Of a DNA stretch of 64,000 nt, positions 12,956 to 28,072 are shown piece by piece. Position 1 is the stretch's first letter, and every line of letters begins with the position of its first letter. Source of the DNA: Eledone cirrhosa (taxonomy: Eukaryota); NCBI GenBank assembly GCA_964016885.1, contig OZ024745.1, forward strand, positions 18,476,001 through 18,540,000, in the 5' to 3' direction. The position numbers and the translations under genes are program-made. Below the pieces are notes generated by a model that was not told where the DNA came from, made no database searches, and worked only from the letters and a program-made list of their open reading frames with translations.

Positions 12956-13162
12956 CACATCTATATATATATATATATATAGATATATATACATACACAT
13001 ATATATACATACATTTACATATATGTATATGTATATGTATGTATATATATATGTATATGTATTTATATATATATATGTATATATATGTATATATATGTAT
13101 ATATATATATATATGTATATATAAATATGTATATATATATATATATATCTATATATAAATAC

Positions 13163-13249
<87 letters not shown>

Positions 13250-13325
13250 CATACATATACATATATACATATATGTTAATGTATGTATATATATGTATAT
13301 GTTTATGTATATAAATATGTATATA
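12426..13325. repeat. Compound (TA)n/(TATG)/(CA) microsatellite, with a family A fragment at 12657-12720
   Basis: Direct inspection; source of the spurious YIYIYI ORFs. Confidence 0.95.
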
Positions 13326-14237
<912 letters not shown>

Positions 14238-14277
14238 TATATACATGTACATATATATATATACATATATATATCAA

Positions 14278-15220
14278 TACTAGAAGATCAATACTAGAAG
14301 GTTAAACGAAAACACTAAGAACTTAAGTACAAAGAACCCCAAAAAAACAGTAGACAATACACTACAGAACATAAATAAACCACACCTAAGTTCGTCCGCA
14401 ATACTACTCCAGAGAAAACCCAACGTACACAACTGTAACTGCACCTATCCTGACAACTGCCCCCTCGGCAATAACTGCCTGGAAAAAAATATTATTTATA
14501 AGTGTACCATTAAATCCGGAGGCAACGAGTGGTATTACGTGGGATCAACGGCAACATCGTTTAAATCTCGATTGTATAGGCATTCTTACTCAATAAAACA
14601 CCAGAGCCAAAGAAATGTAACAACTTTAGCAGAAAAAGCTTGGACGCTCAGGGATAGCAATCAAAAGTTTACCCTAAAATGGGAAAAATTAGCTAAAACC
14701 CAAAGCTTTTCCAGGAGCCAAAATTTCTGCAAATTGTGTAATCTTGAGATTTATTACATAATCACACACAAGAAGAAACTGCTGAATAACAGAATTGAAC
14801 GAACATTATTCTGCCGTCACAGAACTAAAACCCTTTTTTCCCACTACAAGCAGAATATTACATAAAAGAGGGACATCCCCCAACTATATAAACCTTAATC
14901 TAGTTAGAAAAATATAAAAACAATCTCTTCTCAACATATATTAATAACCTTAAATTACCATACTAATAATGAAAAGATATGCTGATGAGAATAGGTACAA
15001 ATATGCGATAATGAATGTGTCTAAAAACGTCCATAAGTATGTATATATATGTGAAAATGTATATAAATAAGTAAATATATATATATGTTTGATGTGTATA
15101 GTTAGATGTAAGTGTATTCATGTATTAAAGTGCTTATATATATGTGTATGTGTGTGTGTATATGTATATGTGTGTATATATGTATATGTATATGTATGTA
15201 TATATATATGTATATATATG

Positions 15221-15269
<49 letters not shown>

Positions 15270-16085
15270 ATGTATGTATGTGTATATGGATGTGTATGTA
15301 TGTGTATGTGTGTACACATGGACTAGAGTATGTATGTATATATGTGTGTGTCTATACGTGTGTATATATAAAGATAAGTTGAGTATGAAAATGTATACAC
15401 ATGAGCGCGTATGTATGTACATGAATACATGTGTGTATATATATGTGTATGCATGTGTATATATATGTAAGTATGAATATGTGAATTGTGAGTATATGTA
15501 TTTTGTAGAGGTGTGCAAATATATTTGTGTGTGAATGCGTGGGTGAAAGAATACGTACACTTGAAAGAAAAATTTAAGTCTGAATGTTAAGTGCAAACAC
15601 AAAACCAACCACGCATATCTTTACTATCTCTAATCCTTCTATAGATTTAGAAAAATAACCAATAATATATTCTATAAAAAATGTCAAAACAACAGATGGG
15701 AATCTAATTACTCACTGCCACCAAGAATTCTCACTGCTATCGAAAAACCACTCCTTCAACTATTCTTCTAACAACTTCACCCCTCCCTCCTAATATTCTC
15801 TATAAAAACTAAATAGGTCCTCAGTAATATTATTCTGATGAAATGACAGTAAATAATAACATTGAAATATTGAATGTCTGCATAACTAAAAGTTTGTAGA
15901 TAGCTGTTTTAGGTTATGTAACTGTTATAGAAACACGTGTCAATAAATTCCTTTCAACTAAACTGTATCCATTCAAATCTTTCTATTTTTCTCCGGATTA
16001 CTTTTGGAACTACAACTGGAACCGTCGAGCAAACTCTACGTGAGCTGATAATCTACTGTGTGTAATATTTATATTACAACACAAC
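14278..16085 (+). mobile_element. 5'-truncated PLE (Naiad-like GIY-YIG) with ~1 kb 3'UTR and HHR
   Basis: 14430-14865 encodes CNC..NCPL..NCLEKNIIYKC...YVGSTATSFKSR...CKLCNLE...LLNNRIE....CRH; HHR at 15830-15946. Confidence 0.85.
15830..15946 (+). ncRNA. Type I hammerhead ribozyme with extended branched stem II
   Basis: TTATT CTGATGA A ATGACAGT...CATAACTAAAA/TTTTAGGTTATG...ACTGTTAT A GAAAC ACGT GTC AATAA. Confidence 0.85.
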
Positions 16086-16629
16086 GGAAAATACTGTATA
16101 TACATATATATATGTATATATATGTATATATGTATATATGTATATTTATATACAGTGCGTGCGTGATCATGTGCGTTTCTGTCTTTTATATGTGTTTATG
16201 TTTATATGTTAGTACCTGCTCTTTATATGTACGTTCTAACACGAAATATTAATCAAAACTCTGGTGGAGTTTGGTAAATAATCAAACAGCATTATAGTTC
16301 ACCATTTTATTTCTTGTATAGAGTTATCTATCTTAAAGCACTTAATTGGTTTAGCCAAACGTGAAAGGAATATGTAACGCCAACAGCTACTTTTGCCTCT
16401 CCTAACGATTATTGCAAAGATCGAGAAAATTAGATTTTTTTCACTCAAATTGAAACTAATTAAGAGTGGTATTTCTTGTAGGCGCAGCTTCTTCGGCGGA
16501 ATGTGGTCTTCTTGGAGAGAGAAGTGGGTTGAAAATGAATTATTGCCAACGGTTATTCACATTAAATTACATATCGAAAGTGTATTGAAAATTTAAAAAA
16601 AACAGACAAATATAATTATTGAGCAGCCA

Positions 16630-16663
16630 TTTTTAATAATCATCATTATTCTTATTATTCTTA

Positions 16664-16701
<38 letters not shown>

Positions 16702-16800
16702 GTTATTATTATTATTATTATTCCTATCATTATTATTATCATTATCATTGTTGTTGTTGTTGATCTTGTTGTTGTTGTTGTTGTTGGTGGTGGTGAAGAT
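16630..16800. repeat. (ATT)n/(GTT)n trinucleotide microsatellite
   Basis: Direct inspection. Confidence 0.9.
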
Positions 16801-16920
16801 GGCTTTGTTGTTACATTTATGATGGTATTATTCTGGGCGTTGGCGAAGATGATTGCTATATAATAATAGAAGATGACGGTGATGATGAGGATAATGATGA
16901 GGAGGAGGATAGTAATTATT

Positions 16921-17150
16921 ATTTCTACAATTGGCACAAGGCCATTAATTTGAATGGGAGAGGAAAGTCGATTAAATCGACCCATGTACATTACAGGTAC
17001 TTTATTTTATCGAGCACGTAAGGATGAAAGGTAAAGCCAACTTCTCCGAGATTTGAACTCATAACGTAAAGAGCCGTAACTCTATGCCACACAGTATGGT
17101 GTCCGGCGCTCTCCAGATTCTGACAATCTACCATAATTAGATGGAGGATG
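16921..17150 (-). mobile_element. Deu/Nin-core SINE
   Basis: Reverse complement of family, including GGCACAAGGCC, GTACTTTATTTTATCGA and GATTTGAACTC. Confidence 0.75.
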
Positions 17151-17304
17151 TTGGGTAAAAGAGGTGAATAAATTGATATCATCAGCATCTAACCCTTTTA
17201 ATAAACATAAACAATATACAGGTCTTTCATTCGCGATTCATTCGTGAAAATATTTTCTCCAGTCACAAACACAAACATCAGAATACTTTTAATAACTTCT
17301 ATAA

Positions 17305-17513
17305 GGGCGTTAGATTAGCAGAGTCGTTACAGCGTCGGACAACTTACTTTATGGCATATTCTTACCTCCCTTTACGTTCAAATTCCGCGAAGGTTAGCTT
17401 TAGTTTTCATCCTTACGGGGTCAATAAAATAAAGTACCAGTACCGCAGTGGGGTCGATTTAATTGACGTTCCCCTAATCCGAAATTGTTGGCCTTGTGCA
17501 TAAATCAGAAACC
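17305..17513 (+). mobile_element. Deu/Nin-core SINE
   Basis: GTTCAAATTCCG...TTTCATCCTTACGGGGTCAATAAAATAAAGTACCAG. Confidence 0.8.
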
Positions 17514-17883
17514 ATTTAATGGCTTCTATCTTTACCTCTTCTGATTTATGTTCTGATCACAGGAATGTTAATTATCTATCACTTTGTGTAGTCCTTTCAC
17601 ATGTTTCTTTTGATGTTATATTGTACATGATTTGGCTTGGTTTCAATATTTCAAGATACAGATTTATTAATATTTTCACAACTAGAGATTTGTGATATAT
17701 AGACACAGCCCTCTGATTTGCTAGTGTCTGTTCAATGCGTCTACCATTATTCGTCATGCTCATTTCATGTTATATATATATATATATATATATATAGGAA
17801 CGAGTATTACCCACTCTACTACCCTAAGTATTGAGTACTTTGGTGCGTTATGGTTCACCTGGTTCCTTACCACATTTCCTTCG

Positions 17884-17930
<47 letters not shown>

Positions 17931-17957
17931 ATGAAATGAGCATGACGAATAATGGTA

Positions 17958-18052
<95 letters not shown>

Positions 18053-18056
<4 letters not shown>

Positions 18057-18303
18057 GTAAAACACCGGTAGGTTATATCCGTAGTAAGTAGAACAATCAG
18101 TCCAGAGGACGGACGAGTTCGATGTAGGGTGAGTTCCACAACAAATTAGAAAACAATACACGAGTACGCACGTTTCACCATACGGATTTTCAACTCGAGT
18201 GAGGTTGTGCTGAGAATGGTCACCTCAACCTCACTCGGGTTGAAAATCAACTAGGGGAAACGCGCGTCCTAAAGTTTGGTTTTCTAATTTGAATTTGAAA
18301 TAA
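18053..18303. mobile_element. Fold-back mini-element with two opposed U3-A8 HHR-like motifs
   Basis: Minus 18161-18197: CGAG TTGAAAA TCC gtat GGT GAAAC GTGC GTA CTCG; diverged plus copy at ~18234-18272. Confidence 0.65.
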
Positions 18304-18330
18304 CTATATATATATAGTTTTAATATAGAT

Positions 18331-18382
18331 GAGATTCTACAGGACTAGAACTGTTTCATTCTTTAGAATCATCAGGAATCTC
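18331..18382 (-). ncRNA. Type I hammerhead ribozyme (solo, in TA tract)
   Basis: GAGATTC CTGATGA TTCT aa AGAA T GAAACAG ttctagtc CTGTA GAATCTC; 7-bp stem I; same family as 51744-51794. Confidence 0.9.
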
Positions 18383-18390
18383 TGAAACAG

Positions 18391-18422
<32 letters not shown>

Positions 18423-18502
18423 CCCACTCTACTACCGGCAATCGCTCTGTTTAATGTACCTCTTGATTATTACTGGATTTCTATAAGAATCCAGCCTCTA
18501 AA

Positions 18503-18600
18503 ATTCTCGGCTATGGCAACTGAGTGTGTTGTCTTGATAAACGTTCACTAGCGAGAAACATTCTGTCTGTCGGCCGGTCTCTGTTGTTTTTGCCGAGAAT
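18503..18600 (+). ncRNA. Type I hammerhead (U3-A8 core) with extended stem I
   Basis: GTC TTGATAA A CGTT cact AGCG A GAAACA ttctgtc TGTC GGC, enclosed by ATTCTCGGC/GCCGAGAAT. Confidence 0.7.
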
Positions 18601-18700
18601 AAGTAAGTGACATAGTCACTACTTTAAAACTCACAGCGAATGGTCTTCTAAATGTTTTTAATTAAACACACAGTATAATGCCAAATATACTATACATACA

Positions 18701-18762
<62 letters not shown>

Positions 18763-18769
18763 TATATTA

Positions 18770-20015
18770 AGAAAGACTTAGCTTCTACCTTCAATGAGTT
18801 AGCACTTAGGATAACAGTAGCTACCAACCCCTCTAGCGTAGATTTCTTAGACATTAATTTAGACCTTCGCACACACACCTACAGACCCTTCCATAAGCTT
18901 AATGAAAAACTAAATTACATTCACAATGACTCATGCCAGTCTCCCACTGTTTTTAGAAACTTCGTAAATAATATCAGTACTAGAATCTCAAACCTCTCCT
19001 CTAATAATCTTTGACAGAGCGGCACCCTACTATAACACGGCGTTAGCGAACAGCGGCTTCTCGCAACCTATCACTTACTCTCCAACTAACAACAACAGGA
19101 ATAATAAAAGAAAGCTTAACAATAGACGAACTATCTGGTTCTCTCCTCCCTTCTCACTCAACGTTAAAACCAATGTAGGCAAAAAATGTCTAGCCCTCTT
19201 AAATAGGTCATAAATACCCTCATAGGTCATAAATACCGCTCCATCTGTAACCGACACAAAGTAAAAATAGGATACTCCTGCGCTAAGAACATGAAGGCCC
19301 ACATCACCAACTAAGAGCAACACTCCACCAGGGTGCTCTTGCGTAAGCCCGAGGCTTGTCCCCTTCAACAGCAATGAAATACACCCGTTGTAGTTTATGA
19401 AGGTGTGGTCACTTCCAACCGATCAAATCAACCTCAGGAGGTCAAATCCTATGTGGGTATGGCGGAGGGCCGATTTAAGAACTCTTCCTGAACGACCAGT
19501 CGACCTTTAGGTACCCGGATAGACGTTTATCCACGAAACACGCGAGCCACGTATGGTCCCTCAAGGACTCAAGTATAGACTACTCCATTCAATGAAAAGC
19601 CATCACTAAGTCCAAGCCATACGCAAGGGGAAATCCGTCGTGTGGACTATGTATTGATGAACGAATAAATATTCTAAAGAATTACGCAATAGCAATTGCC
19701 TAAACCCAAGTTTTGAATTCTTCACACGTTGTCCACGCGTCTAGAAACACCTCTTACATAACTACAAAGCTGCGGATTTAATTACAACAACATCCTAATT
19801 TTCTTATCAACTAGAAACTTTCGGACTTTCGCAGTTATCTCACTTACATCTCTCACACGCAATTTAGTATTGCCTGAGTGAAGTGACCGTTTCTGCGCAT
19901 GCGTGTTCATACGGGTGTCTTTCCTGTTCCGTATAACCGCATCCATTACGCGCAGAGGATCCGCTAAGGTGAAACAATTGTTCTCGGTATGGTGAACTAA
20001 CTGTTGTGTAACCAT
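18770..20015 (+). mobile_element. Decayed 5'-truncated PLE (Naiad-like): RT thumb + GIY-YIG + HHR-like end
   Basis: VDFLDINLDLRTHTYRPFHK...IWFSPPFSLNVKTNVGK...YVGMAEGRFK...CGLCIDE. HHR-like CAGAGGA TCC..GGT GAAAC AATT GTT at 19950-19985. Confidence 0.8.
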
Positions 20016-20052
20016 TTCTATATATATATATATACGTATTGTATATATATGT

Positions 20053-20099
<47 letters not shown>

Positions 20100-20264
20100 A
20101 CTATATAAAAGCTACATGAGAACTACATAAGGGTACAAGAGTCCGTGGAATGGTCAATCACTTCTACTTTATCTTCACCAGCCGTCTGTTCAGTTGATCA
20201 ACAGAAAATATCGTTGTCGAAACAGTTGGAAGGTAAATACACGACCCCCCCCCCCACACACACA

Positions 20265-20321
<57 letters not shown>

Positions 20322-20327
<6 letters not shown>

Positions 20328-20600
20328 GGAAAAAATGAAACGAAATTTCATTTCTCACTCTTAGTACAGCTGTTACTTAAATATAAGTATGTATACGTAC
20401 ATACATATATGTATACCGACGTACAGTAGTATGTATATATATACATACATGCACACATATATATATATGTACGTATGGATTTACCGAACATTTATTATAA
20501 TGCTCGGTTTGTTTGTAAACAAACAAACATCCCGAATTAGGCCGTACAGTGTTTAGCAACCGTCGTTGCCCTTTTGTTCAACACTGACAAAGGAACGGTG
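20322..20600 (-). mobile_element. Partial family C monomer
   Basis: Matches 13326-13595. Confidence 0.85.
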
Positions 20601-20613
20601 TATATATATATAT

Positions 20614-21848
20614 ATAACGAAGGAAATGTGGTAAGGAACCAGGTGGACCATAACGCACCAAAGTACTCAATACTTAGGGTAGTAGAGTGGGTAATAGGAA
20701 CCAGTAAGACCCCGGCGGCTGAGCTCAAGCCGTTTCGACGGCTAATTCTGGACTAAATGAAAATTTATCCTGGTATTTAAATAGCCGAGCTTCTTAAGGG
20801 GTAATTCCATATATGGTCAAAGTGATTGTCAAAAGGTAGTAGTAATTCTGTGATTGCAAATTAGTAGGGGAGATGGTGGCTAAACCTGCCAGTAGGAGAA
20901 AAAGGGGAGGGCGTGGAGTAGACCCATCCATGCGTTGGTAGTGCCAGCTACAGCTGGGCATGAGGTCAAAGAAGATACTTGGGTGGGGGAGGGGGAGGAA
21001 GTCGAAACGGTAGGTAGAACAATGAGGGGTAAAAAATATATATATGAAAGAAAAAATACTGAGAGTGATGAAAAGCGAATAAGTGTAAAGAAAAAAGAGT
21101 ATAAAAGCAAGTTCTACGACCTAAGTCTCTAGCTATTGTTAGGCTAGAAAAATAAATAAATAAAGAAAGAAAGAAATAAAGAAAGAAATAAAGAAATAAC
21201 GAAATAAGTAAATAAACTAGGTGGGACGGAATAGGCAAGGACCCTTTTAAGAGGTATAAGTACGTAAATCATACGGTGATGTCAACAAATGGGGCCAAAA
21301 TACTAGAGAAACTACCACGAAATAAATAATAAAGGTTTCTATCCCGAGCACCAGGCCAGCAACCACCCAGTGCAGCAAAGTAAACTAGTACTAGATAATA
21401 ATTCTGAGTCCCGAAAAAAATATATACTAATGCTAACTCTAAAGGTACCGCCGCGCTACGAAAGATCTTATACAAGCTACATGAAACTTCGTACGAAGTA
21501 AAGGTAGAATACGGAAAAATAAATTCAGGATCCACCCCGCCCAAAAGAAAAGAGAAGAAAGAAATACTGAAACGAGAAAATAAGGCATAAGTGCTACTAA
21601 GAAATATAGAAGGCACGGAAAATAGGGGGAGCGGTCGGAAAAGGGGGGCAAGTATCCGAGGTCTAACACAACTGCTATAAAAAGCGGAGTCCGCCACATC
21701 TATCATAGACTAGGGGAGGGGGTGGGGGTACTGAGGCTACAAGGGGCCAAAGGGCAGCCTCGGGTGGGCGAGAAAAGACGCCGACAAAGAAGAACTGGGT
21801 TAGAAGGACTAAGGAGGGATGGGGGGGAAGAGGGAAATAAAGGAAGCG
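20614..21848 (-). mobile_element. Family B HHR end plus ~1 kb upstream non-coding body (probable long PLE 3'UTR)
   Basis: Family B HHR at 20709-20803 is contiguous with a non-coding body bounded by TA tracts. Confidence 0.55.
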
Positions 21849-21882
<34 letters not shown>

Positions 21883-22560
21883 AACTATGATAACTTTGAT
21901 AACTTTGATAGGTTTCAGGCCATGTCTAACTAAATAGCACCACCAGGCGAAGTCTTTCAAATCAGGGTTTGGGCACCATGGCCCATTCAAGCGGAGGGTT
22001 ATTGTTTACGGAGGCTTATCTAGGTGTAGGAGGCTTATCCGGGATTTCTTGAAGGAATTTGTCCAAAGACTTTTTGAACTTGATGGAGTCTGTTTCTGTT
22101 TTGATGTGTTTTGGTGTAATGTTAAAGAGATCAGGTCCAATTGAGGTGAAATAATTATGCCGTATTGTTGTCATGAGATGTGAGTGAGATTTTTGTCGTG
22201 GGCGGATAGCACGGGGCCCAAGCCTTGGGTGTACATTAAAGGTGATGCCAACGTCATTTGGGCAAAGCTATTGAAATATTTTCCACATCATGCAGATAAT
22301 CTAGCGCTCATGGTGACGTTGGAGAGAATAAAGGTCGAGCTTTTCTCAATCGACTCCAATAGTCAACGCCTGTCATGCCATCTATCCTTTGGGGGAATCG
22401 ATCTTTGGGGTGCTTCAACTTTTTCAGGATACTTTGTTTCGTGTGGGGAGACTACAATGGACAACAGTATTCAAGGAGGGGTCGGACAAAAGTGGAGAAG
22501 AGAAGGATAACATGTGGATATCTCTCGACTGGAAAGTTCTGAGAATCCAGGAACACATTC
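21883..22560 (-). pseudogene. CR1-like LINE 3' fragment with short tandem tail
   Basis: Minus strand: LEYCCPL.SPH...LYSLQRHHER...FTSIGPDLFNITPKHIK...FKKSLDKFLQEIPDKP; tail (TATCAAAGT)n. Confidence 0.8.
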
Positions 22561-22625
22561 TGATATATATATATATATACATACACGTATATAAAGCGAA
22601 AACTATGAGTGTGTTGTGTTATTAG

Positions 22626-22811
22626 TTGATTGGCAGTATCAGTAGAGGGTCGAACGCCATGCTTTGCAGCATAGAGTTACGGCCCTTTATGATCTGAGTT
22701 CAAATCCCGCCGAGGTTAACTTTGCCTTTCATCCTTACGGGGTCCATAAAATGAAGTACCAGTAATGTACTGGGTAATTGCTGGCCTTGTGCCATAAGTA
22801 GAAACAATTAT
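22626..22811 (+). mobile_element. Deu/Nin-core SINE
   Basis: High similarity to 1226-1403. Confidence 0.85.
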
Positions 22812-23376
22812 TACAACAATATGAAACCCCTCCCCAAGTATAACAATATATATATATATATATATTGTTTTACTTGGGGAGGGGTCATATTGTAGATATT
22901 CTGTATCTTTTACATCTCCACAGTTAATTCATTTTGTCCTCAATGTTTATCATTGACTGACCAACGGTCAAAAATACAGATATAAATACATATATATATA
23001 GTCTAACAAAGTTCTTTCATTGCACACCTGCAACATCATCAGTGGTACTATTATGTTCCTCTTGTTGTATTATATGTCTACGCCATTATAATTTTTATCT
23101 GTTTATTTATTTATTTTTGTCTTCTTCTCTGCACATGTGTTTGCGTGTGTGTATAATGTCTGGTGTGTGTGTTCGCATTTGGGTGACTGTGTTTTGTTAT
23201 TGTATTCTATTAGTTTACTAGTGTTATTGTGCCTGTGTATATATTTATTTATTTATTTATTTATTTATATTACTCTTAAGTCAGTATTGGTATAGATCTT
23301 TTCGTTGAATTTGAATATATGGCCCTTTAGGGTAGAAAGGATGGAATAACAACACCCAAACAAACAATACTGAGTT
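22812..23376 (-). mobile_element. Solo family A pseudo-LTR with short inverted pieces at both ends
   Basis: Matches 55868-56390; HHR at ~22998-23051 (minus). Confidence 0.8.
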
Positions 23377-23633
23377 TTATTATTGATGATATTGTTTTGA
23401 TTATAAGCTACTCTTCTATATATATCTTGCCTCGAGTGAATTATTTTTATATCTACGTACTCTGATCTGTTGATCAGAGGTAAATAATGTATTGGAGATC
23501 GAGTGACTCAACTTCAAGCGATTAGCAACCTAACACCTGATCAATGAAACAATTGTCAGTACTTGAAATAAAGCCCCTTATGGGACAACCTACCATGTTA
23601 CTGTTCATTCTTTCACTATATATATATATATAT

Positions 23634-24577
23634 ATATAATTGAACATACAAGAGAGATATACACAAATTTTAAAGAACCAAGTTCACTAGGGTGACAAAA
23701 ATACTAATTATAACAATATTGTTTGCCAGATTCAATTTAAAGTAATAAATCAAGAAAACGAAGAACAAACCTATATTGGGCAACTGCCTGAAACACCCAT
23801 ACAACTATGGGAACTGTTATTATTCGCAAATTATTAAGCGAAGGAATCACCAATTTTCTGCTCTTCAGTGGGTGTAAAAATTAGTAATCCTTCTACTTCT
23901 AAGTATATCAGAAGACTGAATAGTGTGCGAATATGAAATAACGCACATGGCTTTAGAACCTAGCGTGTCTCATAAACATACGCTGCTAAAAATAGCAGCC
24001 CTGTTTACACGACATTTAAATTAGCTCAACGAGACGGAGCCGAAAAACTTCTTTCTTGGAGCTATTTAATTGTAAGAGACAATTTTTTGATTTTGTAACT
24101 CAATATCTGATAGTGTCATTGAGCTAATTTAAATGTCTTGTAAACCTGGCTGTTATTTTTAGCAGCGTATGTTTATGAGACACGCTAGGTTCTGAAGCCA
24201 TGTGCGTTATTTCCTATTCACACACTATTCAATCCTCTGATATACTTAGAAATGGAAGGATTACTAATTTTTACACCCACTGAAGAGCAGAAAATTGGTG
24301 ATTCCTTTGCTTAATAATTTGCGAAACAGCTCCCCTAGTTTTCTGGATGTTTCAGGCAGTTGCCCAATATAGGTTTGTTCTTCTTTTTCTTGATGTATTG
24401 TTATAATTAGTATTTTTTTCAACCTAGTGAACTTGGTCCTTTACAATTCTAACATATGTATGTTTATATTTGTGTTTATCTCTCTTGTATATTCAATTAT
24501 ATTACACGACTTAGAAAAACTTCTTTCTTGGAGCTATTTAATTGTAAGAGACTATATGTTGAGTTTCTAACTCAATA

Positions 24578-24582
<5 letters not shown>
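23634..24582. mobile_element. Fold-back element: ~390-bp inverted arms with HHRs plus a ~65-bp direct repeat
   Basis: Arms ~23634-24030 and ~24117-24501. Minus HHR 23793-23875 has ACACCCA CTGAAGA...GTA TGGGTGT; plus HHR at 24273-24350; 24045-24110 is repeated at 24514-24582. Confidence 0.8.
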
Positions 24583-24643
<61 letters not shown>

Positions 24644-24704
24644 ACATCTATATATGTATATCTTATATATATGAGTATGTGTGCAATCTAAGTGAATATC
24701 CCAT

Positions 24705-24830
24705 AACCTAGTGAGCCGACAAAACGTGGCCGGTGATACAAGTAACAGTCTCGAAAATATGGAGTCGAATAAATGTTTTCAAGCCGTTGCCCCAGCTAGA
24801 CCGTAACTGAAAGCAAGTAAAAGTAAAAGA
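24705..24830 (+). mobile_element. SINE 3' part (degenerate)
   Basis: CAAGCCGTTGCCCCAGC...CTGAAAGCAAGTAAAAG-type tail. Confidence 0.45.
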
Positions 24831-27589
24831 ACTATTCTCAGACATATTGACTGATCATACTATGCAATCATTATGTTGGAGTGTGCTATGCTGAATTACT
24901 TCATCTAATGTTTTCAATGCTTTGTGATATATGCTCTTGTCTGTCGTAATGGTTGTAACACTTCACTTCCATTAAAACTAACACAGCAACGAACTCATCT
25001 GAAAGAATGAATTTTTTTATAACTTTAAAATTATATGTCTGGCTGCTATAATAGGTTGAAAGTTGTTTTGAATGACTCACATTCAAAACGTATGAAGATT
25101 TCTGGCCGTAACCAATTAGTAACTTTTTCAGATGACTTTACTTTTAATATTCCTCGAAAAGCTCCATGACTGGAATGAATGATTACTGTTAGTACAGCTA
25201 AAGATAACACTACACTATAGTCGTGGTTAACTGATACTTTAGAAATAGAGAAATATTCGTTTGCTTTCACTCCGAAATAATATATATTTAAGAGTTCAGG
25301 AGTTGCGACAAGTAGTTAGTCTCAGCATTTGAAAAGACCAAGGAAAACATTATTTCCTTGGTCTGATCAGACATGTTCCATCTCACTCAGTAAACAATGA
25401 GATCTGCGATTTTGTCCACTCCATTTTGTAAATAATTATTTTCATATTTGTTATTATATCTTGCTGACTATGTGTTTATTATTATATTGACATCAAATAT
25501 TTTCTATTTGCCCTTTTGAGATACAGATCATCAGTAGTCCTACATTCTACTGCTTCATTGAGTAATTATAAACTGACTACATCAATTCTTTATTAGGATT
25601 ATCATACATGATGTTTGGTGCGATTATTTGATTTCTTTTTTATCGCTTATTTAATAGAATCACATATAATGGCATTCTTAAATTTGTCTAATTAACAGTA
25701 GAGATATTATTTTAAGGAAAATGAAATCCTCATAACTGAGGACCTCATACTTAATTATATACTCATTGACGTGATAAATGAAGGCATATATACTTAAGGA
25801 ATCTTTTACTTCATCAAAATAATCACCGTTAAGAAAAGGCAAATACTAACTGATGCTTTCAAGCATGCGGTGATGCTGTTGCCTTATTCGAATAGGACAT
25901 TCCCACTTACCTAAAGCCCACTAACCACATTTAATTAATTCTTCTTTGCCAGAAAAATCTCACCTGCACAATCGTTGATATGTAATCTTCGAACTATGAT
26001 ATGTACTGATAGTTTTCAGAAATCTATCATTTAATCAAACTTAGATTCCTTTCCCCCACTGCTATCACCACCATATGGCTGTTACCACTTTTCTATATAT
26101 ATTTATCATGTCTCCTTCATTACCGCGAAGCATTGCACTATAAATCTAACGCTCTTGCCAATGTCCCCAAGATATAGCGAAGAAAAGATCTAACAATCAA
26201 CAAAATATTTCACACTAAGTCTTAAATTATAGGGCGGTATAGTATCTCCCAGTATTTCAAATTTAAAGACATCTGCCATCTACGTTTTTCATCACACAAA
26301 TCACTACCATTTCCCTCAATACTGTTTCTGTAAAGAGAGTTGTATATTTGTGTTTGATATTTGTGTAAACATTATTTCGCTATGTATGCATGTTCTACGA
26401 CTTCTGCAAGATGGATAGTTCATTATACAATTACATCGTATTTATGGATGACGAGAAAATCTAATTCTTTATATGGATTTCTTTCACATCTATAGCGGGC
26501 AATATGTTAGGTATCAATAATATTTACCTCTAATATGGTGATGCAATTTTAATTCAATAAAACTATGCTGTTCGATAATTACATTATGCTAACATCGTAA
26601 ATGTCCATTTTACTACAGATTCTACTATTTCAATGTACATGTTTTTTTTTCTGAAAATCTAGTTAACGTACGATGATAAAGGATTAAACATTTCACTGCA
26701 AAAGTGTACAGTACCTTGTTTATGTAGCTGTCTACTTGACATAATCAAGAACGTATTCTAGACTTGTATCTTGTTAATGATCAACAACACACCCCTTGCT
26801 GGTGGTAGTGGTGGTGGTGATGGTGGAGGTGGGGATGATGGTGGGGGTGAACTCATAACTTCCTACGTCAATTTGATGTGAAACCAAGCAAGTGAGGCTC
26901 CCATTTTTTTACTAATAATTTCATTTGAGTAACATTTATATACCTAAACTTTACGAATGTATTGGCCAAACAACACGTACCTTCTTATGCATAACTATTA
27001 CTGAAATGTTACTAATGACAATCCAAACAGACATGTCTCACAAAATATACGTCTCTCAATAGAATAAAAACAAACAATCCATTCATACAGATTTATCTGA
27101 AAATTATGATTACTAAATTTGTAAAATAGAAGGAAAGGAGTCGATTGTGAGATCGGATTACGAAAACTATGTTTTTCTATCAACATTTCTACTGCTGAGA
27201 CTATGTAACGGTCACAGGACCGGACAAAAATTTCAGTTTTCCCAGTGACAGGGCGCTGGATTCGAAGTCGAAATGCTCAATACCAATACAGATATTGAAA
27301 AGCATGCCATCTAACGCTTCAACACTCTCTCCTTTGAACTGGTATTTATCGATACCAAAAATATGAAAGACGAAGATAGTGAAAGTTGAAGTTCGAGCAC
27401 AGAACAAGAACAAATAACAAGACATTTAATGTGACGCTCTAACGACTCAGTCACATTGACATCACATTTTACAGCTAGAATTATTCACATTAATAATTAG
27501 TAGTTTTCTATGAATCAAACCTGAAGAAAGACTAAGAAAGATGTGGGAATTCAAAACTGAAACTGTTAACTTGTTTAATTATTGTATCT

Positions 27590-28072
27590 ATATCTACACA
27601 ACATTCGATTGGTACCAAAATGAGATTTTACAACAGCAATTCACTTTCCACTCTCCTGAACGGATGCAAAGCGTGGATTGTGAAGACCATCCAAGAGAAT
27701 TCTGTTGACACCAAATTCCGACGCAAAATCTTTGGCATCAGGTGGGATGACTTCATCACCAACAAAGAAGTCGCTCAATGAACCCATCAACAACGTGTAT
27801 CTAACATCATATGCAATCGTCGATTTGGCTGGTTGGGACACGTCACATGATTCCCAAGTGAGATACATGTTAATAATGTCCTGTATAGGTACCGCATGGA
27901 AAGAGAGAAAGAGGACGTCCTAAGCTGAACTGGCGGCACACAAGAAACGGAGACCTGAATCCCGTCAACAAAAGTTGGAATAATCTATTGAGAGATGCAA
28001 CTGACCGGGGTCATTGAAGCAGTTTGGCTGCCTCATACATCCTGAGACAGGGGAACTTATAAGTCTAAGTAG
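27590..28072 (+). pseudogene. Decayed RTE-clade LINE 3' fragment
   Basis: RRFGWLGHV motif at ~27817-27845, RKRGRPKLNW at ~27906-27933, AAGTCTAAGT-type tail. Confidence 0.6.
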
